The notes under the pieces: generated by a model
Told to the model about the DNA's origin: nothing
Seen by the model: the letters and a program-made list of their open reading frames with translations, nothing else
Database searches by the model: none
Part shown: one piece after another, positions 8,604-18,185 of the stretch
Position numbering within the stretch: position 1 is the first letter of the stretch
Layout: each line of letters starts with the position of its first letter
Assembly: GCA_051886175.1 (NCBI GenBank)
Contig: JBJEXV010000066.1
Span: 8,996-72,995 of the forward strand
Source: Candidatus Coprovivens sp.
Lineage (GTDB): Bacteria; Bacillota_I; Bacilli_A; RF39; UBA660
Direction of reading: 5' to 3'
DNA: 64,000 bases
Made by a program: the position numbers and the translations under genes

Positions 8604-9404
8604 ATGAAGAATAGAGAAATAGATGAAATATTAAATAATCACTATTCGAATGATTATACAGAAGATGATCGACTTATTAAAGATAAGATTCATCAAGTCG
8701 AGTATATAACTACTTTAAAATATATTGATAAGTATTTAAAAAAAGGGGATAGAATTTTAGAAGTAGGTGCAGGTACTGGTATTTATTCTTTAGGATTAGC
8801 TAAAATAGGATATCAAGTAGATGCTATTGAATTAGTTAATGATAATTTAAATATTTTAAAAAGTAAGATTACTTCTGATATGAATATTAATGCTATACAA
8901 GGTAATGCACTAGATTTATCTATGTATGAAGATAATACTTTTGATATGACATTAGTTTTAGGTCCGTTATATCATTTGTTTAAAGCTGAAGAAAGAGATA
9001 AAGTAATTGAGGAAGCTATTAGGGTTACTAAGAGTGGAGGAATTATATATTATGCTTTTATATTATCTGATTTAACAATGATAAATTGGGGATTTGAAAA
9101 AGGTAATTTAGTACCTAATATGGGTAATATGATTACTGATGATTATAAAGTTATTAATAGGGAAGAATATATTTTCTATTTAACTTATATGAGTGAGATA
9201 AAAAAGTTAATGCAAGAACATGATAAACAAGAAGTTATTACTTATGTTGCTACTGATGGTATTGGTAGGGTTATGAGTGATAAGATAAATGAGATGAGTG
9301 ATGAAGAGTATAAACATTATATTAATTATCATTTATCTGTTTGTGAAAGAGAAGATTTAATTGGTTATAGTGGTCATGTTCTTGTTATAACTAAAAAGAA
9401 ATAG
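8604..9404 (+). CDS. class I SAM-dependent methyltransferase
   Basis: Motif I ILEVGAGTGIYSLGLA and post-I acidic residue (DAIELV). Confidence 0.7.
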   Translation: MKNREIDEILNNHYSNDYTEDDRLIKDKIHQVEYITTLKYIDKYLKKGDRILEVGAGTGIYSLGLAKIGYQVDAIELVNDNLNILKSKITSDMNINAIQGNALDLSMYEDNTFDMTLVLGPLYHLFKAEERDKVIEEAIRVTKSGGIIYYAFILSDLTMINWGFEKGNLVPNMGNMITDDYKVINREEYIFYLTYMSEIKKLMQEHDKQEVITYVATDGIGRVMSDKINEMSDEEYKHYINYHLSVCEREDLIGYSGHVLVITKKK

Positions 9405-9414
9405 AGGTGAAAAG

Positions 9415-9873
9415 ATGGCTGTTAGAGTTGCAAAGGAAGAAGACTTTAAAGGAGTACATGATGTATTTTTAGAAGTTCATAAATTCCATATGGATCATAC
9501 ATATAATGTATTTAAAGATATAGATCCAATATCGGAAGATGAATTTAAAGAAATGCTTAGTATTCCGGAATGTATATTTCTAGTTAGTGATAATGATGGA
9601 ATAGATGGTTTTTTAAATGCTAATATAGTAGAAAAGAATAGTAAGTTTACTGGATATAAGAAATACCTCATGATTGAACAACTTGGTGTTACTAAGAATA
9701 GTCAAAAGAGTGGTGTTGGACGTAGTTTAATGGAATTAGCAGAAAAGATTGCTAAGGAAAAGGGATGTACAATGCTCGTCTTAGATGTATGGGGCTTTAA
9801 TGAGAATGCCATCGGCTTTTATGAACATCTAGGGTTTACAGAACGAACTAGAAAGTTACAAAAGTTTATATAA
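9415..9873 (+). CDS. GNAT N-acetyltransferase
   Basis: QLGVTKNSQKSGVGRSLMELAEKIAKEKGCTMLVLDVWGFNENAIGFYEHLGF. Confidence 0.75.
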   Translation: MAVRVAKEEDFKGVHDVFLEVHKFHMDHTYNVFKDIDPISEDEFKEMLSIPECIFLVSDNDGIDGFLNANIVEKNSKFTGYKKYLMIEQLGVTKNSQKSGVGRSLMELAEKIAKEKGCTMLVLDVWGFNENAIGFYEHLGFTERTRKLQKFI

Positions 9874-9894
9874 TTAAATTTAAGGAGTGTGAGT

Positions 9895-10875
9895 ATGAAA
9901 GCAATAGAAGTAAAGGATTTATCTAAAACCTTTAAGACTAAGATAAAAGAAAAAGGACTTAAAGGAAGTATTAAGTCAATATTTAAAACTAAATATAAAG
10001 ATAAGAAAGCTGTTAATAAGATTAATTTTTCAGTAGAGAAAGGTGAAATACTTGCTTTTATTGGACCGAATGGAGCAGGTAAATCAACTACAATTAAAAT
10101 GTTAACAGGTATTTTATTTCCAACAGGTGGAGAAGTATCAGTAATGGGTATTAATCCACAAAAACAACGTAAGGAATTAGCTTATAAAATTGGAACAGTA
10201 TTTGGTCAAAAAGAACAATTATGGATTCATTTAACGCCATATGATAACTTTAAATTCTTTGGAGCTATTTATGATATACCTGAGGAAGTAGTAGAACGAC
10301 GTATTGAAGAATATAAAAATATTTTTGAATTAGAACCATTTATGAATACACCAGTACGTGGTTTATCATTAGGTCAAAGAATGATTTGTGAAATAGTTGC
10401 TTCTTTGATTCATGAACCTGAAATATTATTCTTAGATGAACCAACTATTGGATTAGATCCAGTTGTTAAAGAAAAGATAAGAGTATTTATTAAAAGGTTA
10501 AATAAAGAAAAGAAAACTACTATATTTTTAACTAGTCATGATGTTGGAGATATAGAGAAGTTATGTAAGAGAGTCATCATAGTTAATGATGGTGAAATAG
10601 TATTAGATGATACTATGGAAAATTTAAAATATCATTATTTAAATAAGAAAATTGTAGAAGCTAAGATGAATACTAAAATTAATTTAGAAGATGTAGATGG
10701 TATAACTATTTTAAAGGATAAAGACTATAATTTAAAATTAGAAGTAGACTTAACTAAGAAAAGTATTAGTGATGCAATTAAGTTATTAGATCCAGATAAA
10801 ATTATAGATATTAATATTTCTAATACGCCATTAGAAACAATTATTAGTTCTATTTATCAAGGTACTAAGAAATGA
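9895..10875 (+). CDS. ABC transporter ATP-binding protein (ABC-2 exporter type)
   Basis: SD AAGGAG lies 7 nt before ATG 9895. Walker A GPNGAGKST, signature LSLGQRM, Walker B ILFLDEPT. Confidence 0.85.
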   Translation: MKAIEVKDLSKTFKTKIKEKGLKGSIKSIFKTKYKDKKAVNKINFSVEKGEILAFIGPNGAGKSTTIKMLTGILFPTGGEVSVMGINPQKQRKELAYKIGTVFGQKEQLWIHLTPYDNFKFFGAIYDIPEEVVERRIEEYKNIFELEPFMNTPVRGLSLGQRMICEIVASLIHEPEILFLDEPTIGLDPVVKEKIRVFIKRLNKEKKTTIFLTSHDVGDIEKLCKRVIIVNDGEIVLDDTMENLKYHYLNKKIVEAKMNTKINLEDVDGITILKDKDYNLKLEVDLTKKSISDAIKLLDPDKIIDINISNTPLETIISSIYQGTKK

Positions 10876-11663
10876 AAAAGTATTTACATGTAATGAAGAC
10901 GACATTTAATGATTCGATTCAATATGCATCGAGTTTATGGTTTCGATTTGTTGGATTTGCAATTGTTATGTCGGTATTGATAAGTTTATGGAATTTTATT
11001 TATAGTGAGCCAGGATCAACAATTAGTGGTTATACATTTAATCAAATGATTTGGTATTTATTACTTGCTGAAGTGATTACTTTTGGTAGCGGAAGTAATG
11101 TAGCAACAGATGAAATACGTAATTGTATTAAAAGTGGTAATATAGCTTATCAAGTTGTTAAACCATATAATTATATGATTTTTACTATTTGTAAGTATAT
11201 AGCTGATACATTTATTAGATTTATAATGTTTTTAGTAGTAGCAGTAATAATGGGTTTTATATTTGCAGGACCGATAGCGAATTTTAATCCATTATCATTG
11301 TTAGCAAGTATTCCAGTTTATTTTTTAGCAGTATTATTAACTGGAAGTATTAGAATTTTGATTAGTATTAGTTCTTTTTGGGTTGAAGATTCTAAACCTT
11401 TTCAAAATGTTTATAATAAGATTGTATTAATATTTGGTGTTTTCTTTCCATTAGAAATGTTTCCAGGTGTTATTCAAACAATAATTAAATTAACACCAAT
11501 ATATGGTGTTAGTTATGGACCTGCTAAACTAGTAATTGATTTTAGTTTGGGAATATTTAGTAGCGTTATTTTATCGCAAGTTATTAGTTTAGTTATTGTA
11601 TTTATTTTAATAGGAATTGTTTATGGAAGAGGGGTGAAAAAATTAAATGTTAACGGCGGTTAA
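10872..11663 (+). CDS. ABC-2 family permease subunit
   Basis: Overlaps the ATPase stop (ATGA). About six hydrophobic helices. Confidence 0.65.
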   Translation: MKKYLHVMKTTFNDSIQYASSLWFRFVGFAIVMSVLISLWNFIYSEPGSTISGYTFNQMIWYLLLAEVITFGSGSNVATDEIRNCIKSGNIAYQVVKPYNYMIFTICKYIADTFIRFIMFLVVAVIMGFIFAGPIANFNPLSLLASIPVYFLAVLLTGSIRILISISSFWVEDSKPFQNVYNKIVLIFGVFFPLEMFPGVIQTIIKLTPIYGVSYGPAKLVIDFSLGIFSSVILSQVISLVIVFILIGIVYGRGVKKLNVNGG

Positions 11664-12441
11664 GGGTAATTTAAAAATTATGTTTTTATCTATCAAATAT
11701 AATTTAATGAAATGTATGGAAAATAATGTAGCATTTATGACTTCCGTAATTATGATGATATTTAATAATGCGACATTTATTATCCAATGGTTAACAATAT
11801 TTGCAGTTAAAGAAACTATAGGTGAGTATACATTAAATGATGTTATGTTATTCTGGGCAGTATCTGCTGGATCTTATGGTTTGGCTCATGTATTATTTAA
11901 TGGTATTAATAGAATACCTGAATATATTGAAGAAGGTAAGTTAGATGCATATTTAACGTTACCTAAGGATCCATTATGTAGTGTAGCTACATCTTGTACT
12001 GAACCAAGTGCAATAGGTGACTTAATATATGGTTATTTAGCTTTAATTATATTTAATTTTAGTATTAAGAATTTGTTAATTTATACTGGTTTAATTATTT
12101 TTGGAGCATTAATCTTTGCAAGTATTATCGTTATATTTAATAGTTTCACATTCTTCTTTTATAGATTTAGTTATGTAACGGAAGCAATGAAGTCGGCTTT
12201 ATTAAATTCTAGTTTATATCCAGATGTAATTTTTAGTAGAGCTATTAAAATTATATTTTTTACTATAGTACCTAGTGGATTTGCTTGTTGGGTACCAGTA
12301 TATGTATTAATGGAATTTAGTTGGATTAAATTAGGTATTTTAATATTAGCTACTATTATATATGTTTTATTAGCATTTATTATATTTCATAGAGGATTAA
12401 AAAATTATTCTTCTAGTAATTTAATGGGAGCTAGAACATAA
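11647..12441 (+). CDS. ABC-2 family permease subunit (second)
   Basis: Overlaps the upstream permease. Polytopic hydrophobic protein. Start is uncertain (several in-frame Met). Confidence 0.6.
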   Translation: MLTAVKGNLKIMFLSIKYNLMKCMENNVAFMTSVIMMIFNNATFIIQWLTIFAVKETIGEYTLNDVMLFWAVSAGSYGLAHVLFNGINRIPEYIEEGKLDAYLTLPKDPLCSVATSCTEPSAIGDLIYGYLALIIFNFSIKNLLIYTGLIIFGALIFASIIVIFNSFTFFFYRFSYVTEAMKSALLNSSLYPDVIFSRAIKIIFFTIVPSGFACWVPVYVLMEFSWIKLGILILATIIYVLLAFIIFHRGLKNYSSSNLMGART

Positions 12442-12471
12442 AAAAACAATATCATTTGATATTGTTTTTTT
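12441..12471. terminator. bidirectional intrinsic terminator between convergent genes
   Basis: aaacaatatca / tgatattgttt stem flanked by an A-run and a T-run. Confidence 0.8.
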
Positions 12472-12476
12472 ATTGA

Positions 12477-13505
12477 TTATTTTTGAGTTTCTTTATTTTC
12501 TTGAGTGTAATAATTTAATTGATTTTGAATATAAGTTGCATATTTTTCTTGTAAATCATCATCAGTAATTGTTACATCATGTTCTTTTCTCATTTCTTGA
12601 AGTGCTTTAACATTAGCAACTGGATTTTCAGTTAGATATTTTTCTGATAATTTATCAATAATATCTTCTTTAACATCTTTTAGTTTAGCTTTTTCTTTAG
12701 TATCATGTCTTAATACTACATGGTAACCTAATTGTGTAGTAACGACTTTAGTAGTGTATTTACCATCTTTTAATTTGTAAGCTTCAGTAACTAATTCAGC
12801 ATAATCATCACTTAAAGTATCTTTATTGATGTATCCTAATGAACCACCAGTTTCTTTTGTAGTTTCGTCTTCAGAATAAGTTTTAGCTAATTCTGCGAAT
12901 TTAGTTTCAATATCTTTTGCTTTAGTATTATTTAATTCATTGATAATAGAATTGATTTTATTTTGAGCTTCAGTCTCAGCTGTTTTCTTTTCTTCATCAG
13001 TCATTGAATCAGTAACTGCTGGAGTTATTAAAATATGACTTACTTTGATATCTCCAACTACTTCTTCATTATAATACTTTTCTATTTCTTTATCAGTTAT
13101 TTGTTTTGCAGCATAAGCTTCAATTTCTAAATTCTTTAAATAACTTAAATAGTAAGCATTTTCATAAGCTTCAATAGTAGGGTAACCAGTATATTGTTGA
13201 ATAGTTTCAAGTAATTGGTCGCCATATTGAGCTTCTAATTGAACCATAACACTTTCTGTTTCTTCTTTAGCTGTATCTATTTCGTCAGCATATTTTTCTT
13301 CTAATATTTTTTTATCAACCATATTGATTAAAGCTTCTAAAGCATAATCGCTTTTTAATTCTTCGTAAAGATCATCAACGCTTATCATTTGATCATCTTT
13401 CATAGTAACGATAGCTTCATCTCCATTTGATAATTTTGGAATACTACTTTCACACCCTGAAATCATTAATACGCAAAGGGCTAGCACAATTATTTTCTTT
13501 TTCAT
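12477..13505 (-). CDS. prsA: PrsA-like foldase lipoprotein (parvulin PPIase)
   Basis: Lipobox LMISGC after MKKKIIVLALCV. Parvulin-type segment VSHILI...GGSLGYI...GYHVV. Confidence 0.75.
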   Translation of the reverse strand: MKKKIIVLALCVLMISGCESSIPKLSNGDEAIVTMKDDQMISVDDLYEELKSDYALEALINMVDKKILEEKYADEIDTAKEETESVMVQLEAQYGDQLLETIQQYTGYPTIEAYENAYYLSYLKNLEIEAYAAKQITDKEIEKYYNEEVVGDIKVSHILITPAVTDSMTDEEKKTAETEAQNKINSIINELNNTKAKDIETKFAELAKTYSEDETTKETGGSLGYINKDTLSDDYAELVTEAYKLKDGKYTTKVVTTQLGYHVVLRHDTKEKAKLKDVKEDIIDKLSEKYLTENPVANVKALQEMRKEHDVTITDDDLQEKYATYIQNQLNYYTQENKETQK

Positions 13506-13627
13506 GTTTTCCTCCTTAACATACTTATAATTATAACAACGTGTATTTAAAAATACAAGAAAAATAGCACCTAAAGACAGGTCTTACCATAGAATATTAG
13601 TGAATAAACAAGAAAGGATGATGATTT

Positions 13628-13726
13628 ATGAATCATTGTGGGAATAATTCTAATAATGCTTTAGGTCCTGCTATTATACTAGTTTTATTTATTTTATTAA
13701 TTATCATAGTAGGGGCATATATCTAG
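13628..13726 (+). CDS. YjcZ-like small sporulation membrane peptide (32 aa), not in the ORF track
   Basis: SD AAAGGATG. Product is MNHCGNNSNNALGPAIILVLFILLIIIVGAYI*. The xxIxVLFILLIIVG tail is characteristic of the YjcZ family. Followed by hairpin gagac-aata-gtctc and T5 (13745-13762). Confidence 0.5.
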   Translation: MNHCGNNSNNALGPAIILVLFILLIIIVGAYI

Positions 13727-13796
13727 TTTAGGTGTTGAATAGGAGACAATAGTCTCTTTTTCTTTGATTTTATAAGGTATATAAGATATAATTAAT

Positions 13797-16082
13797 ATGG
13801 TGAAGCGTATGGCAAAAAAGAGAAAAACACAAAAGAAAAAGCAAACACAAAGTTTTGGATATAGTGCTGAACTAATTGGAATATTATTAGTTTTAATAGG
13901 TATTTTAGGATTTGGTTTTGGTACTGTAGGTAATTTAATTAAAGAATTCGCTATGTTTTTAGTTGGAGAATGGTGGGCTTTAATACTTGTATATACTTTA
14001 GTAATGGGTGTTATGATGGTATTTAGAAGACAATTGCCAAACTTTTTTTCAATTAGATTAATAGGTATATATATTGCATTTATAGTTATATTAGTAGCTA
14101 CACATTTTAGTTTTATTAAGGCTTATGAACCAGATAAGATTATTAATGCTACAATGGAATGTTTTAAATTAAGAGTGGCTTCTATGAGTGGTGATAGTGG
14201 ACTATTTGCTAGTGGATTAAGTGATCATGCAATAGGTGGAGGTATAATCGGAGCATTATTCTCTTGGGGATTTGCTAGTTTATTTGATTCAACAGGTACT
14301 ATTATTGTTTTAGTAGCATTATCAATATTTGCAATTATTTTAATATTTAATGTAGATTTTGGAGCTATGTTCTCATCACTTAAGAATGGTTTAGATGAAC
14401 GTCGTATTGAAGATGAAGATGAGGAATTAGAAGAAGAACCTAAGAAATCTAAATTTAAATTATTTGGTGGTAAGAAAGATAAGGTTGTAGAAGAGGAAGA
14501 AGATGATTTAGAAGAAGCTATTCCTAATACAATGAAGGAGAAAGTTAATGTAACTACTCCGGTTACTTTATCTACTGAATTAAAACAAGAAACATTACCT
14601 GTTGTAGAACCAACACCGGTTGCTACTAATAGAGGTATTTATACATTACCAAGTATTAATTTATTAGATGAAATACCAAAGAATGTTAATAAAGTTAATA
14701 GTAATGATTTTACTAAGAGTAATAAGATTATACTTGAAAGGGTATTAGCTGACTTTGAAATAAAAGGTACAGTTGTTGAAATACATGTTGGTCCTGCTGT
14801 TACACAATATGAGGTTGCTGTAAGTAGTGGTACTAAGTTAAGTAGAATAGAAAATATGGATAAGGAAATTGCATTAGCATTAGCTGCTAAGCATGTATCT
14901 ATTGAAGCACCAATACCTGGTAAGAGTACTGTAGGTATTGAAATACCTAATCCATCAATTAGTGCAGTTAAGATTAAAGAAGTATTAGGTAATATACCTA
15001 GGGAACAAGAAAAAGCTAAAATACTTGTTGCATTAGGTAAAGACTTAATGGGTAGAGTTCAAACTACCGATATTACAAAGATGCCACATTTACTTGTTGC
15101 TGGTTCTACTGGTTCAGGTAAATCTGTATGTATGAATAGTATTATTGCATCTATATTAATGAGATATAGACCGGATCAAGTTAAGTTAGTATTAGTTGAT
15201 CCTAAGAAAGTTGAAATGTCTCATTATAATGGTGTGCCACATTTATTATGGCCAGTTGTTACTGATCCTAAGAAAGCATCTACTGCTTTACAAAGAATAG
15301 TTGCAATAATGGATGAAAGATATGATACATTCAGTGAAACAGGTGTTAAAAAGATTGAAGACTATAATGAATTAGTTGATAAGAAAAAGGATAAAGATCC
15401 ATCAATTCAAATGGAAAAGATGCCTTATATAGTTGTTATTATCGATGAGTTAGCAGACTTAATGATGGTTGCTTCTAAAGAAGTTGAAGCATCAATTCAA
15501 AGAATTACACAACTAGCTCGTGCAGCTGGTATTCATTTAATTGTTGCTACTCAAAGACCAAGTACAAATGTTATTACTGGTGTTATTAAAGCTAATATTC
15601 CATCAAGAATTTCATTTGCAGTTGCATCATTTGTGGATTCAAGAACTATTCTTGATAGAAGTGGAGCAGAAAAATTACTTGGTAAAGGTGATATGTTATT
15701 TATGCCAATTGGTGAAAACACACCAATACGTATTCAAGGATGTTTTATTACTGATGATGAAGTAAGAAGAGTTATTGATTATGTTTGTGGGCAACAAGTT
15801 GCATCATATGATAATACATTAAATCAAGCTATTGAAATGGAGCATAATCCAGTTAGTGGAGATAAAGAATCATTTGATGATCCACTATATAATGAAATAC
15901 TAGAATTTGCTATGGAAACAGGTAAGATTAGTGCTTCATTAATTCAAAGAAGATTTAGATTAGGTTATAATAGAGCAGCTAGAATAATTGACTTGTTAGA
16001 AGAAAGAGGTATTATTGGACCACAAAATGGAAGTAAACCTCGTGAAGTATTAACAGGTGGAAGTAATGAAGAAGAAAATTAG
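13797..16082 (+). CDS. ftsK: DNA translocase FtsK/SpoIIIE
   Basis: N-terminal TM helices and an acidic linker. Walker A AGSTGSGKS, Walker B VVIIDELADL. C-terminal gamma winged-helix SLIQRRFRLGYNRAARIIDLLEERGIIG. Confidence 0.9.
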   Translation: MVKRMAKKRKTQKKKQTQSFGYSAELIGILLVLIGILGFGFGTVGNLIKEFAMFLVGEWWALILVYTLVMGVMMVFRRQLPNFFSIRLIGIYIAFIVILVATHFSFIKAYEPDKIINATMECFKLRVASMSGDSGLFASGLSDHAIGGGIIGALFSWGFASLFDSTGTIIVLVALSIFAIILIFNVDFGAMFSSLKNGLDERRIEDEDEELEEEPKKSKFKLFGGKKDKVVEEEEDDLEEAIPNTMKEKVNVTTPVTLSTELKQETLPVVEPTPVATNRGIYTLPSINLLDEIPKNVNKVNSNDFTKSNKIILERVLADFEIKGTVVEIHVGPAVTQYEVAVSSGTKLSRIENMDKEIALALAAKHVSIEAPIPGKSTVGIEIPNPSISAVKIKEVLGNIPREQEKAKILVALGKDLMGRVQTTDITKMPHLLVAGSTGSGKSVCMNSIIASILMRYRPDQVKLVLVDPKKVEMSHYNGVPHLLWPVVTDPKKASTALQRIVAIMDERYDTFSETGVKKIEDYNELVDKKKDKDPSIQMEKMPYIVVIIDELADLMMVASKEVEASIQRITQLARAAGIHLIVATQRPSTNVITGVIKANIPSRISFAVASFVDSRTILDRSGAEKLLGKGDMLFMPIGENTPIRIQGCFITDDEVRRVIDYVCGQQVASYDNTLNQAIEMEHNPVSGDKESFDDPLYNEILEFAMETGKISASLIQRRFRLGYNRAARIIDLLEERGIIGPQNGSKPREVLTGGSNEEEN

Positions 16083-16102
16083 TACAATGTACTAATTTTT
16101 TT
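16079..16102 (+). terminator. intrinsic terminator after ftsK
   Basis: ttagtac-aat-gtactaa followed by T7. Confidence 0.6.
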
Positions 16103-16149
16103 AAATTTTTAATGTTATGTTATAATATGACCCGTTAGGGGGACGTTAT

Positions 16150-16986
16150 ATGAAAAGTTTATTTGAATATGACATTTTAGTTAATCACACTTTTTATAGA
16201 AGTTGGCATATTTTAGAATATATTGAGAAACATCCTGATATGTCAAAATTAGATAGAGAAGCTATTAAAGCAACTATTATGGATGCTTTAGTATATGATG
16301 GTGCGATAGATCCAGATTGGGAATATTTAGATTTAGATAATTTATGTATTAGTGGAGATCCGGCAGGATATGAATATGATTTATATCCAAATGTAGCAGG
16401 TATTCCTATGTGGTTAAAGGAAGAAATGAGACATAAATGTATTAAACAATCTGCAGGTATTCCGGTTGCAATGTATGTTGCAAGACCTGCAGCATATCCT
16501 GGGGCTTATTGTGTATATGATCCAAATACTTGTGTAAGTAGTTTATTTAAAGATTTTACATTTTATGAGGTTAAGTATATATCTCCAACAAGAGGAGTTA
16601 AGATAGATAAATCTAGACCTTTTGTAGAAGTAGATTTATGTGGTGAGTTATATTTAGTAGATATATTAACTAAGAGAGTATTTAAGTCTTCATGGTTTAG
16701 AGAACAATTTGAAATGGAAGTAATAGATTCAAATAGTCCTAAAAAGTTTAATAGAGAACAAAGAAAAATTTATAAAGAACAAACTGAGGATAATGTAGAT
16801 ATAGCAACATATTTATCTTTTACTGAATTTATGAGAGAAATGATGCCAGAAACTGAAAAAGATGCTGAGATGAATTATGAAAGAGAACAAAGTAAAAAGA
16901 ATTATCCTGAAGAATGGGAAAGATATAGATTAATGGAAGCAGAAAAGGACGCATTTTTTGCTGGTAGAAAAATAACAGGAGTGTAA
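16150..16986 (+). CDS. hypothetical protein, 278 aa
   Basis: SD AGGGGGA. No motif I recognise. Its stop and terminator lie in the IS target site. Confidence 0.5.
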   Translation: MKSLFEYDILVNHTFYRSWHILEYIEKHPDMSKLDREAIKATIMDALVYDGAIDPDWEYLDLDNLCISGDPAGYEYDLYPNVAGIPMWLKEEMRHKCIKQSAGIPVAMYVARPAAYPGAYCVYDPNTCVSSLFKDFTFYEVKYISPTRGVKIDKSRPFVEVDLCGELYLVDILTKRVFKSSWFREQFEMEVIDSNSPKKFNREQRKIYKEQTEDNVDIATYLSFTEFMREMMPETEKDAEMNYEREQSKKNYPEEWERYRLMEAEKDAFFAGRKITGV

Positions 16987-16991
16987 AAAGC
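16965..16991. repeat. 27-bp direct repeat, left copy (IS target duplication)
   Basis: tagaaaaataacaggagtgtaaaaagc is identical to 18106-18132. It contains the last 6 codons and stop of the 16150..16986 gene. Confidence 0.9.
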
Positions 16992-18105
16992 TGTATAATT
17001 GTAAATGATGTGATACCAAAAAATCAGAAAAAATATTAATTCGAAAGTGGTGCTTTAGCATCACTTTTTAATTGTTCTCTTTTTTCAATGGGTGTCATCC
17101 AATTTAGTACTTGCATTGGTATATTGTTAGAACGCTTTAAATATGCTTTCATTTGTTTTAATAAATCATCATATGAATAAAAAGATAAGTAGGAATAAAA
17201 TCTTTGTTGATCATTTCTGTGACTTCTTTCAACTTTTCCGTTATGTCTTGGAGTTCTAGGCTTAATTAGTTTATGAGTTATTTTTAGTTCTTCACACAAA
17301 ATATCTAACGGATGAATTCTTTTAGTATTAGAAGTATGCGTAAATTCAGAACCGTTATCAGTTTGAATGATTTGAGGTTTATATCCAAAATAAACTATAG
17401 CTCTTTTTACAAAGTCGATGGTTGAATAAATAGATTGTTCTTTATAAGGGTAGATAAATCTTTCTCGAGATGCTTCATCAATAATAGTATATTGATAAAA
17501 CTTCTCTCCATCGTTACCAATATAACATTGTTTAGGTACGTATTTAACGTCCATCTGCCATTTAATACCAATCATTTTAGGAGTATCATACTTTTTAGGA
17601 GTATACTTTTCATGTTTTTGTTTATCAAAGGATAAATTCATTTTTCTAATAATTCTAAAAAGAGAACAAGCATGTCTAGAATAACCTTTTTCTGTTCTTA
17701 GTTTGCCATATAATTCAGGTAAGGTGATATGAGGATTTCTTCTAGTATAATCTTTAATCCATTTAATTTCTTCATCAGTATGAGCATTAGGATGTTTAGA
17801 TAAAGGTCTATGAGATCTATCAATAAGAGATTCTTTGGTACCATCAAATTTTTTCATCCATCTAAGAAGAGAAGATTTAGAGATATGGTATCTTCTACAA
17901 ACTAAAGATAAGGGGTAACCTTTTGAATATAGACGAACAGCATAAAATTTTGTATTCAAATTATGTGGATAATAACGTATATTTTGTGGTATAGTATTCA
18001 TAGCAAAAAGTCCTTTCGATAAATATTTTTTTGTTCAATTAATATTTTATCGGATTTTTTGCTTTTTTTGTACTTACAAGGTGTCACATCAATTGTAACA
18101 CTACA
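16992..18105 (-). mobile_element. insertion sequence (1114 bp) with a single rve-type DDE transposase gene
   Basis: Imperfect 26-bp terminal inverted repeats (19/26 matches): tgtataattgtaaatgatgtgatacc (16992-17017) versus the reverse complement of 18080-18105, tgtagtgttacaattgatgtgacacc. Flanked by a perfect 27-bp direct repeat. Confidence 0.85.
17036..18001 (-). CDS. DDE transposase (N-terminal HTH plus integrase-core/rve domain)
   Basis: HTH region VCRRYHISKSSLLRWMKKF. Catalytic-core signatures WQMDVKY, IQTDNGSEFT and PRTPRHNGKVERSHR. IS481/IS3-superfamily-like; exact family not determinable by eye. Confidence 0.85.
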   Translation of the reverse strand: MNTIPQNIRYYPHNLNTKFYAVRLYSKGYPLSLVCRRYHISKSSLLRWMKKFDGTKESLIDRSHRPLSKHPNAHTDEEIKWIKDYTRRNPHITLPELYGKLRTEKGYSRHACSLFRIIRKMNLSFDKQKHEKYTPKKYDTPKMIGIKWQMDVKYVPKQCYIGNDGEKFYQYTIIDEASRERFIYPYKEQSIYSTIDFVKRAIVYFGYKPQIIQTDNGSEFTHTSNTKRIHPLDILCEELKITHKLIKPRTPRHNGKVERSHRNDQQRFYSYLSFYSYDDLLKQMKAYLKRSNNIPMQVLNWMTPIEKREQLKSDAKAPLSN

Positions 18106-18132
18106 TAGAAAAATAACAGGAGTGTAAAAAGC
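18106..18132. repeat. 27-bp direct repeat, right copy
   Basis: Identical to 16965-16991. It continues into cactc-T6, completing the original terminator hairpin gagtg-taaaaag-cactc. Confidence 0.9.
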
Positions 18133-18185
18133 ACTCTTTTTTGTTTGGGATAATTATGTTAAAATTAATAATAGGAGGTATTCAT

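Noticed and set aside
15541-15765. Nested or antisense track ORFs within ftsK, the transposase, essC and other genes. They include 15541, 17435, 27614, 30716, 33143, 34028, 36629, 38098, 38415, 38826, 38944, 39105, 45877, 46350, 46532, 46663, 47566, 49869, 56272, 58531 and 59020.
   Set aside because: All lie inside, or antisense to, genes with strong motif support. They have no SDs and show the low-complexity composition expected by chance in AT-rich DNA.
16965-18132. The 27-bp direct repeats considered as attL/attR of an integrated prophage or island.
   Set aside because: The enclosed segment is only 1114 bp. It has terminal inverted repeats and a single DDE transposase, so an IS is the simpler reading.
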